NCBI GenBank assembly: GCA_025786725.1
Contig: JAHLTZ010000011.1
Location: 682,001 to 746,000, forward strand
Reading direction: 5' to 3'
Source of the DNA: Syncephalis fuscata S228
Lineage: Eukaryota; Fungi; Zoopagomycota
Length of the DNA stretch: 64,000 bases
Position 1 is the first letter of the stretch; every line of letters begins with the position of its first letter. The notes under the pieces were generated by a model that was not told the origin of the DNA, ran no database searches, and was given only the letters and a program-made list of their open reading frames with translations. The translations under genes and the position numbers were made by a program. Below are positions 13,332 through 27,516 of the stretch, piece after piece.

Positions 13332-14583
13332 ATGGTAGGCCTAATTCTTATACACAGCAACAAATAACAGCAATAACTAATTATATCAATAGCTTTGTCA
13401 ATTACTTTTATTGGCAATGCTTAGCGTATCCGCTTCTGCACTTTCAGTTCCCGAGTTTAAGACTATTCCGGTGCCATCTATACCAGATGCTCTTAACGTT
13501 ATACCACCAAACAATGTACTACCGAATATTTTGCGAATCCGCCCTTATTAGGAAACCAAGCTGATATACTGCCCCTACCAACTATACTACCATCTTCTGC
13601 CATTGAAGAAATAAGAATACTGGGACAATTTGCATCTGTATCTAGTTGTGATCCAACTGAATGGCAGTGTGGCTCACGCTGTGAAAGTGCAACTGCTGGC
13701 ACCAATTTGGTAAAGAATTTTACGACCCAGTTACTGGTGCATATGCCTATGTTGCTGTCAACGAACGCTATCAGCGTATTATCATCGCTTTCCGTGGTAC
13801 GGTTAATTTTGAGGGACTAGTGCAAGATATTCGCATTTTCCAAACACCTGTCGGCTGGCTCGACAATAAAAATGTTAAAGTGCACATTGGTTTTCTCAGC
13901 TGCTACAACGCCCTTCGCAATGATGTCGCTCAAGAAGTTCAAAAATTTATACAAGCCTATCCTCAGTACACGCTTACATTCTTGGGCCATTCTTTAGGCG
14001 GTGGTAAGTATTCATACATGTATTAATAATAATACAATACTAATTTTTATTTTCTAATAGCTGTTGCCACCCTAGCTGCATTAGATGCTAGATATACCAT
14101 GCCGCAAATGGAACAGCAACTCGTTACATTTGGCGCACCTCGCGTTGGTAATCCAGAGTTTGCCAAATTGGCAAATCAACAACTATATCGACCAGCCAAT
14201 GACAGGACCGGTGGATTTCTTCCAACATCGATTCGTGTTGTACATTATAAAGATCTCGTACCTCATTTGCCATTTAGCTGGATGGGCTATCAGCAACACG
14301 GCCCTGAAGTGTGGATACCTATGTATGATGTCATGGATGCTTTTTATGTAATCCTTACCAAGGCCAAGAAAGTCGTCTATGTGCTAATGCTCGTCTGCCG
14401 TATCTTGACTTTTATCTTCATAGCAACTTCTTTGGTATAACCGTTGGCTATAGCGAACAATGCATCGCTCCATCACGTAAAATATTTAGATTGACGCTTG
14501 ATCCAGCGCTTAAGAGACTCAACGAAACCGTCTTCTCAGCTGCCTATCTGCTGCACCAACGCGTTATTCATCATATTATTTAG
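13332..14583 (+). CDS. Secreted class-3 lipase, copy 3 (two 1-bp deletions in T runs, ~13718 and ~14343)
   Basis: ATG-only exon 13332-13334, intron 13335-13392. Motifs AFRGT, VHIGF, GHSLGG, TFGAPRVGN, HYKDLVPHLP. Restoring one T at each run gives a full ORF ending TAG at 14581-14583. Confidence 0.9.
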
Positions 14584-14965
14584 TGTGACCTGTGACTTAT
14601 ATATATTATATTAATAAACATATTGTTAAATTAATATTTGCTTAAATTGTTGGTATTAATAAATCATATTGTATTAAATGGCCCAGTTAACACTTTAAAT
14701 ATCATACCTTGCCAATCAAACTGATTTACTAGATTAATTCGGTTAAACATTTTATATAAGGCGATTTACATCGTTATAAATCAACTTGCTTCAAATTCAT
14801 CACGTGTATTTTATTTTTCATCAAATTTGTGGCGATTTTGTTTCTTTCGGCTCCTACCAACACGATTACTGCTACTTGTCATTTCGTACTATCTACTAAG
14901 CATATTTAGCACGGATTCTTGCACCTGGCCCCTTAGTGTTTCGCTCCTTATGTCCCAATGTCAAA

Positions 14966-17900
14966 ATGACCTCTGAGCAGACCAATAACAGTATGGGATC
15001 GCCACTTTCGCCACAGCAGCGTGCGCGCATAGAAGAAAATCGACGTCGAGCAGAAGAACGCCTTCGTCAAAAAGCTGCTATTGCCGCCATTGCCAATACT
15101 GCTAATAGCAATGGTAATAGTCGTGGCTCAACTGGCAGCCAACGTCGTGCCCCTTCTACGCCTAATAAAGGTGGCACACCCGCCAAACAAACGACTCTTT
15201 TTTCTTTTTTTAAAACACCACCACCAGCAAACAATACGAGAAATAACGCAGAAAATAGTGATATTACGCCAACTGCTTCAAATGTTGTAGATACACTTGA
15301 TAGTCCGGATATACAACAGCGTAATCTATTGGCTGGTGATTCATTCTCTCCATTATCACGGTTTAATAACAATTCTACAACAAAATCGCCGTTTTCGTCA
15401 CAATCACTACCACCACCACCACGACCTGCTCTATTTAAAAATCAACAACAACAACAGAAATCTAGTGACAATGATGATAGTGCTGCTATCAGCTTGGTTT
15501 TACCTGTTGAGCGCGATGTTATTCCATCATCGCTAACCAGATTTCATAGCATGGACGATGATACAATTGATGCAACACCAGCGAAACAACAAAAGTTGGA
15601 AACAGAACCTATAAGCAATGTAAGTTTTAACAACAACTATTGTGCATTTTATATTTATTTATAATACTATATTATAGCTACGTAAAAAGAAACGAGTTCG
15701 TTACATCGCTTCTGACGATGATGACGATGATGAAGATAGTCGTAATACATCGACTCTAAAACGATCCACTAGTAAGTTTTAATATTTATAGAATAATAGC
15801 TTATTATCGATTTAGAATCAAAATTGAATGATGATGACGATGATGATGACGATGATGAATATAAAGATGAACCAATTAATGAAAATATAGTAGATGGTAA
15901 TATTAATAATAACATATATTGTAATATATATTGATTACGTAATAATAGATATGGAACTAGATGATGAAATTGAAAATCTATCTCCACCACCAAAATCATC
16001 TAGTTCAAGTAGATCGAGTAAAACGATAACTGTTAAAGCAACCAAATGTAACTATTCAATAACATTAGTAATATGACAAGTATTAGTGTTAATATTAATA
16101 TTAATAACTAGCTAAATCAAGTACACCAACATCATCTTTATCGGATCGTCTAAAGGTAAATTATTATTAAATATATATAGATTCCTTATATTAATGGTGT
16201 TTTAGATGTTTTCTTCTTCATCGGATACTAAACGAGGTGATGACTTTGGCTCCTCACCTAGTTCATCATTGGGTAATTCACAACCTATACAAGTATGTAT
16301 ATCTATATAATAATAGTAATAATAATAATAGTAATAATAACATCCATTTTAATTATTATCTATAGGATAAAGAACGATCACGACATCCTGATCGATATCC
16401 ATGGCTAGTTAATGTACGAGATGCTGATGGCAATAGTCAAGGTAATATATCCAATTACCATATTAATATAATACTAACATATCAAATAGATGACCCAGAC
16501 TATAATCCACGTACATTATATATTCCAGAATCAGCAAAAAAAAAGTTTACACCATTTGAGAAACAGTTCTGGGATATTAAACAGCAATTCTATGATACAG
16601 TTGTATTCTTTAAAAAGGGAAAATTTTATGGTAATAATCGTTGTAATCCTATTAATAACTAGTTATATTAATACAGTTATAGAATTGTATGAGAATGATG
16701 CAGATATTGGTCATTCTAAATTTGATTTAAAAATGACAGATCGCGTTAATATGCGAATGGTCGGTGTGCCAGAATCATCATTTGATTTCTGGGTGGGTAA
16801 ATTTATTGCTAAAGGGTAAATAGATTGTGTTATCTGTAGAATAGTAGTAACAACGCCAATACTGTCTATTCTATATATTAGATATAAAGTGGCCAAGGTA
16901 GATCAAATGGAAACCGCTTTGGGTAAAGCATTAAGAGAAAAGGCAAATAAAGTAGTCAAGGTAGAGTGTATACTATATAATAGAATGTAGTATTCAATAT
17001 GTACTATTTGTTATTAGGAGGACAAGATTATTAAACGAGAATTGACGAGTGTACTTACGGGTGGTACACTAGTTGATGCCGGCCTACTTACTAATGAAAT
17101 GGCCACATTCTGTCTATCTATTAAAGTAACGATGGTATACCATTAGCAATATAGATACTTATTATGCTATAGGAACAAGTAAGAGAACAAAGCCAAAATG
17201 GACCATGTATCGGTGTAGCGTTTGTCGATACATCCTGCGCCGAATTTAGTCTATGTTATTTTGAAGATGAACTAGACCGCAATCGTCTTGAAACTTTATT
17301 GGCACAAATCCAACCAAAAGAGATTATTTATGAAAAAGGTCATTTATCAAAAGAGACAATGCGTTTATTAAAGAATACCCTTCATGGCACTATATGGTAA
17401 GTGTTATTAATAGCTGATTATAGTAATCTAATACATATAAATGTATACATATACATACATACATATATACATATATGTAATTGAATAGGAATGCTTTAGT
17501 ATCTGGACGAGAATATTGGGATGCTGATCAAACTGTATTTGAAATTAATGGAGGTGATTATTTCAAAGGCAGTATTGATACAGAATGGCCACTTGCTTTG
17601 AAACAAGCACGACACCAACCATTATTAATGTCAGCTTTTGGTGGTAAGTTATTTATTTAGATTAATTATATCATTAATTATAGTAAATATAATTAATATA
17701 TATGTATATGTATATGTATGTATATACTAGGATTATTGTGGTATCTTAGAATGGCAAGTATTTATTGATTAGTATCTAGTTAGTACTTATTAATACACAC
17801 ACACACATATATATATATATATTAGATTCGATTGGACAAAGAATTGGTCTCACTAAAGAACTTTCATACTTATGATCCTATTCGACAAAGTACTAGTTTA

Positions 17901-19059
17901 ATGATTGATGGTCAAACATTAAAGAATTTAGAGATATTTGAGAACACATTTGATGGTGGTCAAAATGGCACTCTATTCCAACTACTTAATAAGTGTATTA
18001 CACCATTTGGTAAACGTATGTTCAAACGGTGGATGTGTCATCCATTGCAGTCAGTAAAGGCTATTGAGGCACGTCTTGATACAATTGATGAATTAAATAG
18101 AGATGGATCTTGTCAGGTAAGTATAATTATTCTATTTATTATAGATAACTAATTGTAAGCATATACATATACATATATACATATACATATACATATACAT
18201 ACATATATATATAAAAGAAACAATTCAGTCAACGATGACGCGTCTACCAGATCTTGAACGTATGGTTAGTCGAGTACATGCTGGTACTTGTAGATTAAAG
18301 GAATTATTCTCTTTACTTGATGCATTTGGTCGATTGGAGGTAAGAGGATTGTATTGATGAATAGACTATTGCACTAATTACTATTGACTACTATTAGCAT
18401 CTTATGTTAAAGTTGAAGGGAATAGCGGCAGAATCATTGTCGCCAATGCCGCGTCTTAAAGAGCTTTGTAACCGATTTCCTTCACTGGAACCACCACTTA
18501 CTTATTTCAAAACAGCCTTTGATCGAGAAATTGCCGAAAGAGAGGGTAATTATTAACACATTCAATAGCTATTAGGAAGAAATTTAATAGTTGACTATAT
18601 GATATACGATACTAGGCAGTGTTATTCCATATGAAGGCGTTGAGAAAGACTATGACGAAATAGGAAATAAGATGAAGTTGATTCAGCAAGAACTACAAGA
18701 TTACTTGATACAACAACGAACCGAGTTCAAGTAAATAGTATATAATATTTGTGGTTGTTATTTATACTTATACTTAAATAGATCTAAGGATATTGTTTAC
18801 AAAGATATTGGCAAGGAACGATATCAATTAGAAGTACCCAAGAAAATTACTGTACCTTCAAACTATATGCGACTATCACAAACTAAGGTAATCATATTGA
18901 ATAGCATTGAAATAACTAGCTAATATTTAGTAAATAGGCAGTGAATCGATATTGGAGTCCTAAATTAAAAAAGCTTGTAACTGAATATGAAGAAACCATG
19001 GAACTACGTAGCAATATCCTTTGAATGTCCTATTATACATCATAGTTGTTATGATTAAT

Positions 19060-19098
<39 letters not shown>

Positions 19099-20831
19099 TT
19101 ATATATGTTAACTCGATATTACGTGTATTAAAAGATATTCAGAAACGAGTTTATAACAAATTCGATGAATATTACGAGTTATGGATGCAAGCTGTAAGAA
19201 TAGCCGCAGAACTTGATAGTCTACTGGGCATGGCATTAGGAGCAACAACCCTAGGTGAACCATGTTGTCGACCAGAATTTGTTAATAGTTCAACGGCAGT
19301 ATTCAAAGTAGAAGAATTACGCCATCCTTGTGTTATACCAGGGTAGGTTATAGTAGTTATTACTGTTAATACTAGTACTTACTAGTCATCATCTAGAATT
19401 GCTACCGATTTTATACCTAATGATACGGAACTCGGTGGTGGTAATGAACCCAATATGATATTATTAACTGGTCCGGTAAGTAATAAGAAATACTACAAGA
19501 ACTGCTAACTAACGAATAAATCATTACTAGAATATGGGTGGTAAATCTACACTATTACGTCAAGTAAGTAGTCATTAGTAGATGAAAAGTTAAATGTTAC
19601 AACTATAGTATATTTATTTATGTTATTCATGCTGTTATTATGAATAGACATGCATTGCTATTATTATGGCTCAAATGGGCTGTTATGTACCAGCACGACA
19701 ATGTCGTCTAACTCCTGTAGATCGTATATTTACGCGTATTGGTAATAATTCATACATACATACATATATATGTGTATTTTATGTTTATTAATTCATATCT
19801 ATTTATTAAACTAGGTGCCAATGATAATATTATGGCTGGTCAATCAACATTTATGGTTGAATTAAGTGAAACGGCCAAGATTCTAAATGAGGCTACACCA
19901 CATCATTAGTTATTCTTGATGAATTGGGCAGAGGCACAAGTACATTTGATGGGTAAGTTATCTGGATATCTGTAATTAATATAATAGCTAATAGGATTAT
20001 AAATTAGTTATGCTATTGCCTATTCTGTATTACACTATCTTGCTACAATGGTTGGTTGTTTGGGTCTATTTTCAACTCATTATGGTCTACTTACTGAAGA
20101 GATGGCCCATCATGCAAATATTGCACTTAAACATATGGCGTGTTACGTTGACGATGACCGGTAATACTTGGTCTTAACTATATGGCTAATTTATTTATAA
20201 TAATAATAGTATACTAACCAACTGTTGGTTTATAGTAAAAAAGTAACCTTTTTATACAAATTGACGAATGGAGCGTGTCCTAAGGTAATTGCCCTTGTAA
20301 TAGTATAATGTATTAATATCTACTAATACAATGATCTATTATAGAGTTATGGTATGCATGTAGCCAATATGGCTGGTGTTCCTACCACAGTAAGTATAAC
20401 AAATATATATATATACACATACATACATACATACATACATATACATATACAAATATTTAATCTTTTTTAATTAATAGATTGTCCATCGAGCTGAAGAAGT
20501 GGCCAAGACATTCGAACAACAATCTCGTGGTCATCAATTAGTAATGCAGAAAGGACAAGTAGTTACGGTGGCTGATCATGCCGATATAGCCTATTTAACC
20601 CGTCTACTTAATCGGTGTTCTATAAACAAGTGTAACGACACTAATCATCCACACGATGATCCAGATCGTATGTTAACAAGTTCTCCTGGTCGTGGAGGTA
20701 TGGATGATACTGACGATATTACTATGATGGATTCAGATGATCATGACACATCTAGTAAACTGAGTATGGCAGAAATAGCGGCCATTAAACGTATTTGGCG
20801 TACATGGAAAACGAAACATACGGCTATTTAA
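14966..20831 (+). CDS. MSH6: DNA mismatch repair protein MSH6 (MutS-alpha subunit), many introns
   Basis: [24 protein letters not shown] (Phe-X-Glu), [20 protein letters not shown], Walker [39 protein letters not shown], and an N-terminal PIP box QTTLFSFF. Confidence 0.96.
17754..17825 (+). other. GC-AG intron in MSH6
   Basis: ATG|gcaagt ... attag|ATT restores the conserved [18 protein letters not shown]. Confidence 0.8.
19014..19122 (+). other. U12-type (minor spliceosome) AT-AC intron in MSH6
   Basis: 5' end ATATCCTTT (U12 consensus); TGTTAAC branch-like site about 10 nt before the terminal AC. Splicing gives ...[14 protein letters not shown]... in frame. Confidence 0.85.
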
Positions 20832-21080
20832 TTGATAATGATAATTGGTATTATTATTGTTATTAGCAATATAATAAAATGCTTACAAGTTAAAATTAAA
20901 CTATTGTAACAATAACAACATTAGCTGAGTTAGTATTTATTAATATTGGTTTTATATAGATTTATATTTATTATAAAATAATGATAGAATATTTTATAGT
21001 TACGTAAACATAAGAATAAAGCATAAACGCATTAAAAATAGGATTGTAAATCATATTTGCTGTAATATGATTCAACTTTG

Positions 21081-22517
21081 TCAATGTTGATAGCATGTAA
21101 TGCTTAATTCATTAACATTACTACAGCATAATATCTGTAAGCTATATTTGTTACGAATAATGTAGTTATTGTTGCTATTGCTATTGCTGTTGTTGTTATT
21201 GCTATTACTACTACAGTTAAACACTACATAAATGTTCAAGTGCCCATTCGCGTAATCGCCACTGCCAATGCGACGACTAGCATGACCAGCTGTATCTACT
21301 AATGATGCTGATCCACCATGATAGGCACCATTGTTACTGTTATTGCTACCTTTAGCTAATAGAGCAAGATCTTCTAGCAAACGGAGATCTGGCGTATCAT
21401 GAGTCAATTCCATAAGCCAGTGTAGACGTGTCCAACCACGATAGGCAACATAAGAAACGGGAATACCAGCTGCAGCCAATCGACCAACATCATTGCGTAC
21501 TGATTTAAATAAAACGAGTGGATCATGGGTGCCATGAAGTAGCCAAAGACGTGGTACGCGATGAGCAGGTGCAGTAAGTAGTTGCTGTAACGGCGAATAG
21601 GCAACAAGATCTTCAGGCTGTTGCACGTCAAATAGACGTAATAAAGCTCGAGCACGAAATCGATCTAAATAAATAAATATTATTAATAATAGTAGCATAG
21701 TAGCATAGTAAACCTTACCACGTCGTCTTAATGTATCATATAGTGCTGGTAAATCATAAATACCCGCCAATCCAATAACACCGGCCACCTTTGGCTGTAC
21801 AGGTGAAGTACCAGCTTCTAGTGCGGCAAGTAACGCTAGTTGTGCGCCGGTTCCATGGCCAACAAGAAGAATACGTCGACGATCTGCGTGATAGGTACGT
21901 GCATTGACGGTTAGCCAACGCAGTAAGCGTAGAATGTCTTGTTGCATATCGGTCGGTCGTACTCGTGGATGTACCTGATACGCGGGTACTACAACAACAA
22001 TACCGCGACGAGATAAACGAGCAGCCAGTCCATAATACAGCTCTTTTTTACATGCTGTCCATCCGCCATCTTGAATAAACACAAGTACAGGATAGCTAGT
22101 TGTATCGTTGTTTGACGTTGTTCCTGTTCCTGTTGTTGTTGTTGAATTGTTATCGTTATTCAAACTATTGAGATTAGCACTACTACTATTTGGTGTAATG
22201 GTAGGTGTTGTAGGAGGAATATAGATATCTACAAGACGAGATATGTCACCTGGTGCACCATACGGAAGATTGTGTATCACATGTTTATCGTTCCATAATT
22301 GTCGTTTAGTACGCAGATAAACGGGCAGCGCAAAGAGAAGAGCGGCAATTATTGCCTATTGCCGTGTAAATACGGTGGTTATTCTTGTTAGTTTAGGAGG
22401 GATGAAAGGCGAGTACTGCCTTAAGGTACCTGCCTGTAGTAAAGCTAGAGTGAAGCGAAAAGGAAAGGTTATAAGGTGAACCAAGTAGTCAAATGCCATA
22501 GTAATTGCGTTTTGCAT
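21081..22517 (-). CDS. Alpha/beta-hydrolase of the prenylcysteine methylesterase/BD-FAE/arylformamidase-like group, catalytic residues substituted
   Basis: LPYG...LVDIYIP, PVLVFIQDGGW, GIVVVVPAY, ILLVGHGTGAQLA, IGLAGIYDL, LLHGTHDPLV. Hydrophobic N-terminus starts at ATG 22517; the first intron probably has a GC donor. Confidence 0.75.
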
Positions 22518-23161
22518 AGTGTACTGAACTGTCGCTTATGATAGTTGATGGTTTAGAGCAAAGCAGCCTAAATACTATCTATTCTACCGAGTTGTTATGT
22601 TAAGATTAAAGTATCTCAGAAAAGTAGCAATATATGATAGTCAACAACGACAACAACAACAAATACACAACTATTCACAGCAACCACATAGGCGTCTGTA
22701 TACTAATGACAGACAATAAAGCACAGTAGATGCAAGGCTAGGCTAGGCCGTTAATGATAACCTAGCAGTAAAGAAAATAAGAAGAGGAAATAAGGCGCTA
22801 TTGTTGTTGTTGTCGTCGTTGTGTGTCTGTAGATCGCGGAGAAACAGGATCGTGGGTAAATTACTCGCTTTATTATAAGCGGAATACACCGGAGTCTATC
22901 CGAGTTTAGCCGTCTTATTTGCTATAACTGCTATACAGTATACACACGCAAGCATCCATAATATGAAGACTACAGTCTTTATTGAGTAGCTCCTTTACTT
23001 TCTATTCATTTACTGACCCGTTGACTTATCACGCATATACTCGACTCCCTTATACTTTACTGTCACCCTGACATTTCTATCTTGTGTTTCTTTGCATGTA
23101 GTTGACTCAATATACTTGTACTTCTTATTAGCACAACAACAACAACAGCTCGTTCATCAAT

Positions 23162-25090
<1,929 letters not shown>

Positions 25091-25298
25091 AGTTGATGAT
25101 GAAACACTACATCGAATTGAACATGCCCCCAATTTATACACTAACAACAACAACAAGTTATACTAATAAAAGTACTTTGTCACTTGCCATTGATGTCTTT
25201 CTTTTTTAATACTCTTTCTTTTCTACGCATTTCTTTTCAAATATTACTTAGTATCTAAAGCTGGTCTTATTTATATGCATTTATTATTTAAACAAGCT

Positions 25299-26306
25299 AT
25301 GTTCACGCAAACAACATTCACGCAAATAGTGTGGCGGCTATTATGGGCAATAAGTATAGCTACATGCCTACTTTGCAATTACGTTCAAGCAGCAAAAGTA
25401 GAAAAATCTACTACAATAAAGTCTTCTGAAAAGATTAGCGACACTGCTGCCGGTGTTACGGCATTTATCTATCTTGTAGCCGGGTCCTGTTTATGTTTTA
25501 GAGGCAGTTGGACCATACGACCTTTATTTGCCGTGGCTGGTCTACTTAGCACAACCTATGCTAGTCTAGCATTTCTGGCCTGGTTTTCTTATGGATTAAA
25601 TATGGCCAACAATACGGCCGTACAGATACTGATTCTGCTTATTGCACTAATCAACGGCGTCATAGTAGCATTATTAACAACGCGTTACGGTGCCGTGGGT
25701 GCTCTAGTAACCGGTGGTATGTTAGGCTGTTTCATCGCTATACGACTTGCCATATTCGCCAATATAACCATCGATATCATCCATTTAGACAAGGGCCAGC
25801 TTGCATTAAATTATCCGAGTAATGGCCATAGTAGTAGTGTGGACGCGACCTATCTCGTCTTTCTTATAACAGTTGTTATGATTATTGCAGCGTGGCTCAC
25901 CTATCTTCTTGAACCACTGGTAGTTATTTTAATTACTACGGTTATGGGTAGTGTTTGGTGTGCCATGGCGATTGATACACTATGCAGAACCAATTTTATT
26001 GCTGCAGTTACGGCGGTTGTCTATGGATTACATCCGATATCTGTAGCCAACGATGCAGAGATTATTAATCTTAAGACCATAGACCAGAATGATCCACAAT
26101 TCTACCAAGATGGCTGGGAGGTGAAGCCAGTTGATTATAATGGCGGTATTGGTGGATTATGGACACTAACGGTTATATTAACCCTTACTGGTATGTTTTT
26201 ACAACATAAACAAATGTGTGCCAAGTCAGATGGTTATCAAAACATTCGATTACCTATGTTCCGTCGTTTTTTACGTCATTACGGAGTATACAAGAAGCAA
26301 TATTAA
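25299..26306 (+). CDS. Multi-pass membrane protein, TMEM198/TM7S3 (DUF4203)-like
   Basis: Signal peptide plus ~7 hydrophobic segments, with GSCLCFRG, GGMLG and TTVMGS patterns; intronless. Start codon is 25275 or 25299. Confidence 0.65.
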   Translation: MFTQTTFTQIVWRLLWAISIATCLLCNYVQAAKVEKSTTIKSSEKISDTAAGVTAFIYLVAGSCLCFRGSWTIRPLFAVAGLLSTTYASLAFLAWFSYGLNMANNTAVQILILLIALINGVIVALLTTRYGAVGALVTGGMLGCFIAIRLAIFANITIDIIHLDKGQLALNYPSNGHSSSVDATYLVFLITVVMIIAAWLTYLLEPLVVILITTVMGSVWCAMAIDTLCRTNFIAAVTAVVYGLHPISVANDAEIINLKTIDQNDPQFYQDGWEVKPVDYNGGIGGLWTLTVILTLTGMFLQHKQMCAKSDGYQNIRLPMFRRFLRHYGVYKKQY

Positions 26307-26533
26307 ATATTTGAGCCATTGTACTTTGAGTCCTAGCTTTAAACTAGGATAAAAAAATCAATAACTTGAACAATAAACCATCGATCAGTTTTTACTACTA
26401 AAAAGTGCGATTTGTTGAAGCAATGCTACATCGACTCATATTGAATTAATCAGTGGCAATCAATCTGCATTATTTTCATATCGAAATAAATAAATAATAT
26501 TTCATGCTACTTACAATAAAGTATTACATTTGA

Positions 26534-26820
26534 TTATGACGTTGGTGCAACAGTGTCAGTTTGATTTCTTATAATAATAGGCAGTAAGAAATCAGAAGGC
26601 CTTGATTCACCACTGGCCATTGTACTGAATATACTGTGCATGTTTCTGCTGGCATTAACATCACGCTGTCATACCATACGACAATTATTGTTTTGACAAA
26701 CAAGTACGCTATGCATTGTGCTGTTGTGTTCTTCCAGATGTAAATTCGCCATCTTTTTTTCTTGCATTTGGAACAGACTTTTGATGTATTGTATTCATCA
26801 AGTGACCGAATAGGTAGAGG
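26534..26820 (-). pseudogene. Fanzor (TnpB-like RNA-guided nuclease) C-terminal remnant 1
   Basis: PLPIRSLDEYNTSKVCSKCKK/fs/MANLHLEEHNSTMHSVLVCQNNNCRMV*QRDVNASRNMHSIFSTMASGESRPSDFLLP: RuvC-II Glu, CxxC...CxxxxC zinc finger, RuvC-III Asp, RPxxF tail. One frameshift in an A run and one W->TGA. Confidence 0.85.
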
Positions 26821-27309
26821 CTATGTGCTAGTGTATATGTTAATAAATGTTGCTCCATATTATTGTTACTGTAAAGTATTCAAAGCATTATAATTTGATA
26901 TTTAATGTCACTTACCATCCAGTTCCATGTTTAGTAAAACAACAAATGTGTAGTTCAATCAAGTAAAGGATGTCAATTTGGTCTTTTGATAATGAATCAC
27001 ACGAGTCTACTTATAAATTATTGAATATTAGTGAGCTATTTACTCATTTCACTTTTTTTTATTAATACTTTTAGACACAATTAAACACCCATTTATTACT
27101 ATAAAATGTATAATATTACATCCAACATTAATTAATTTATGTGTAATTATCAGTATAATATGTAATTAATAAGTTATTTTATTATTGCGTTAATATATAT
27201 ATTGTCATCTATGATATTAATTGTTTAAATGCCATTTATTTAGCTAGATTGACTATAGCGAAAGTGGCTATTTAATAAACAACTTTTATAATAATTATAT
27301 TAATATGAT

Positions 27310-27516
27310 CTTACAGCACAAATATACCCAAAATGCAACAGTAGAAGATTAGAAAATAGAAAAGATCATTCAGAGGCAAGAAACCACACTGTACGTAGTA
27401 ACAATAACAACTGCGGAATGACATGGAATTGCAATCATATGACTTCTATTAATATTTGATCAATCTTCCTACACATGGCCAACAACAACAATAATCAACC
27501 TCAAATGTTTCAATGA
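27310..27516 (+). pseudogene. Fanzor C-terminal remnant 2 (more decayed)
   Basis: Single frame LTAQIYPKCNSRRLENRKDHSEARNHTVRSNNNNCGMTWNCNHMTSINI*SIFLHMANNNNNQPQMFQ* aligns motif by motif with remnant 1 (TS..C..C / H.V...NNNC.M.W.RD / N..SIF..MA / RP..F). Confidence 0.7.

Noticed and set aside
17435-20450. (TA)n/(TACA)n tracts in MSH6 introns as a mutator switch
   Set aside because: They are intronic and cannot shift the frame; such tracts are unremarkable in AT-rich introns.
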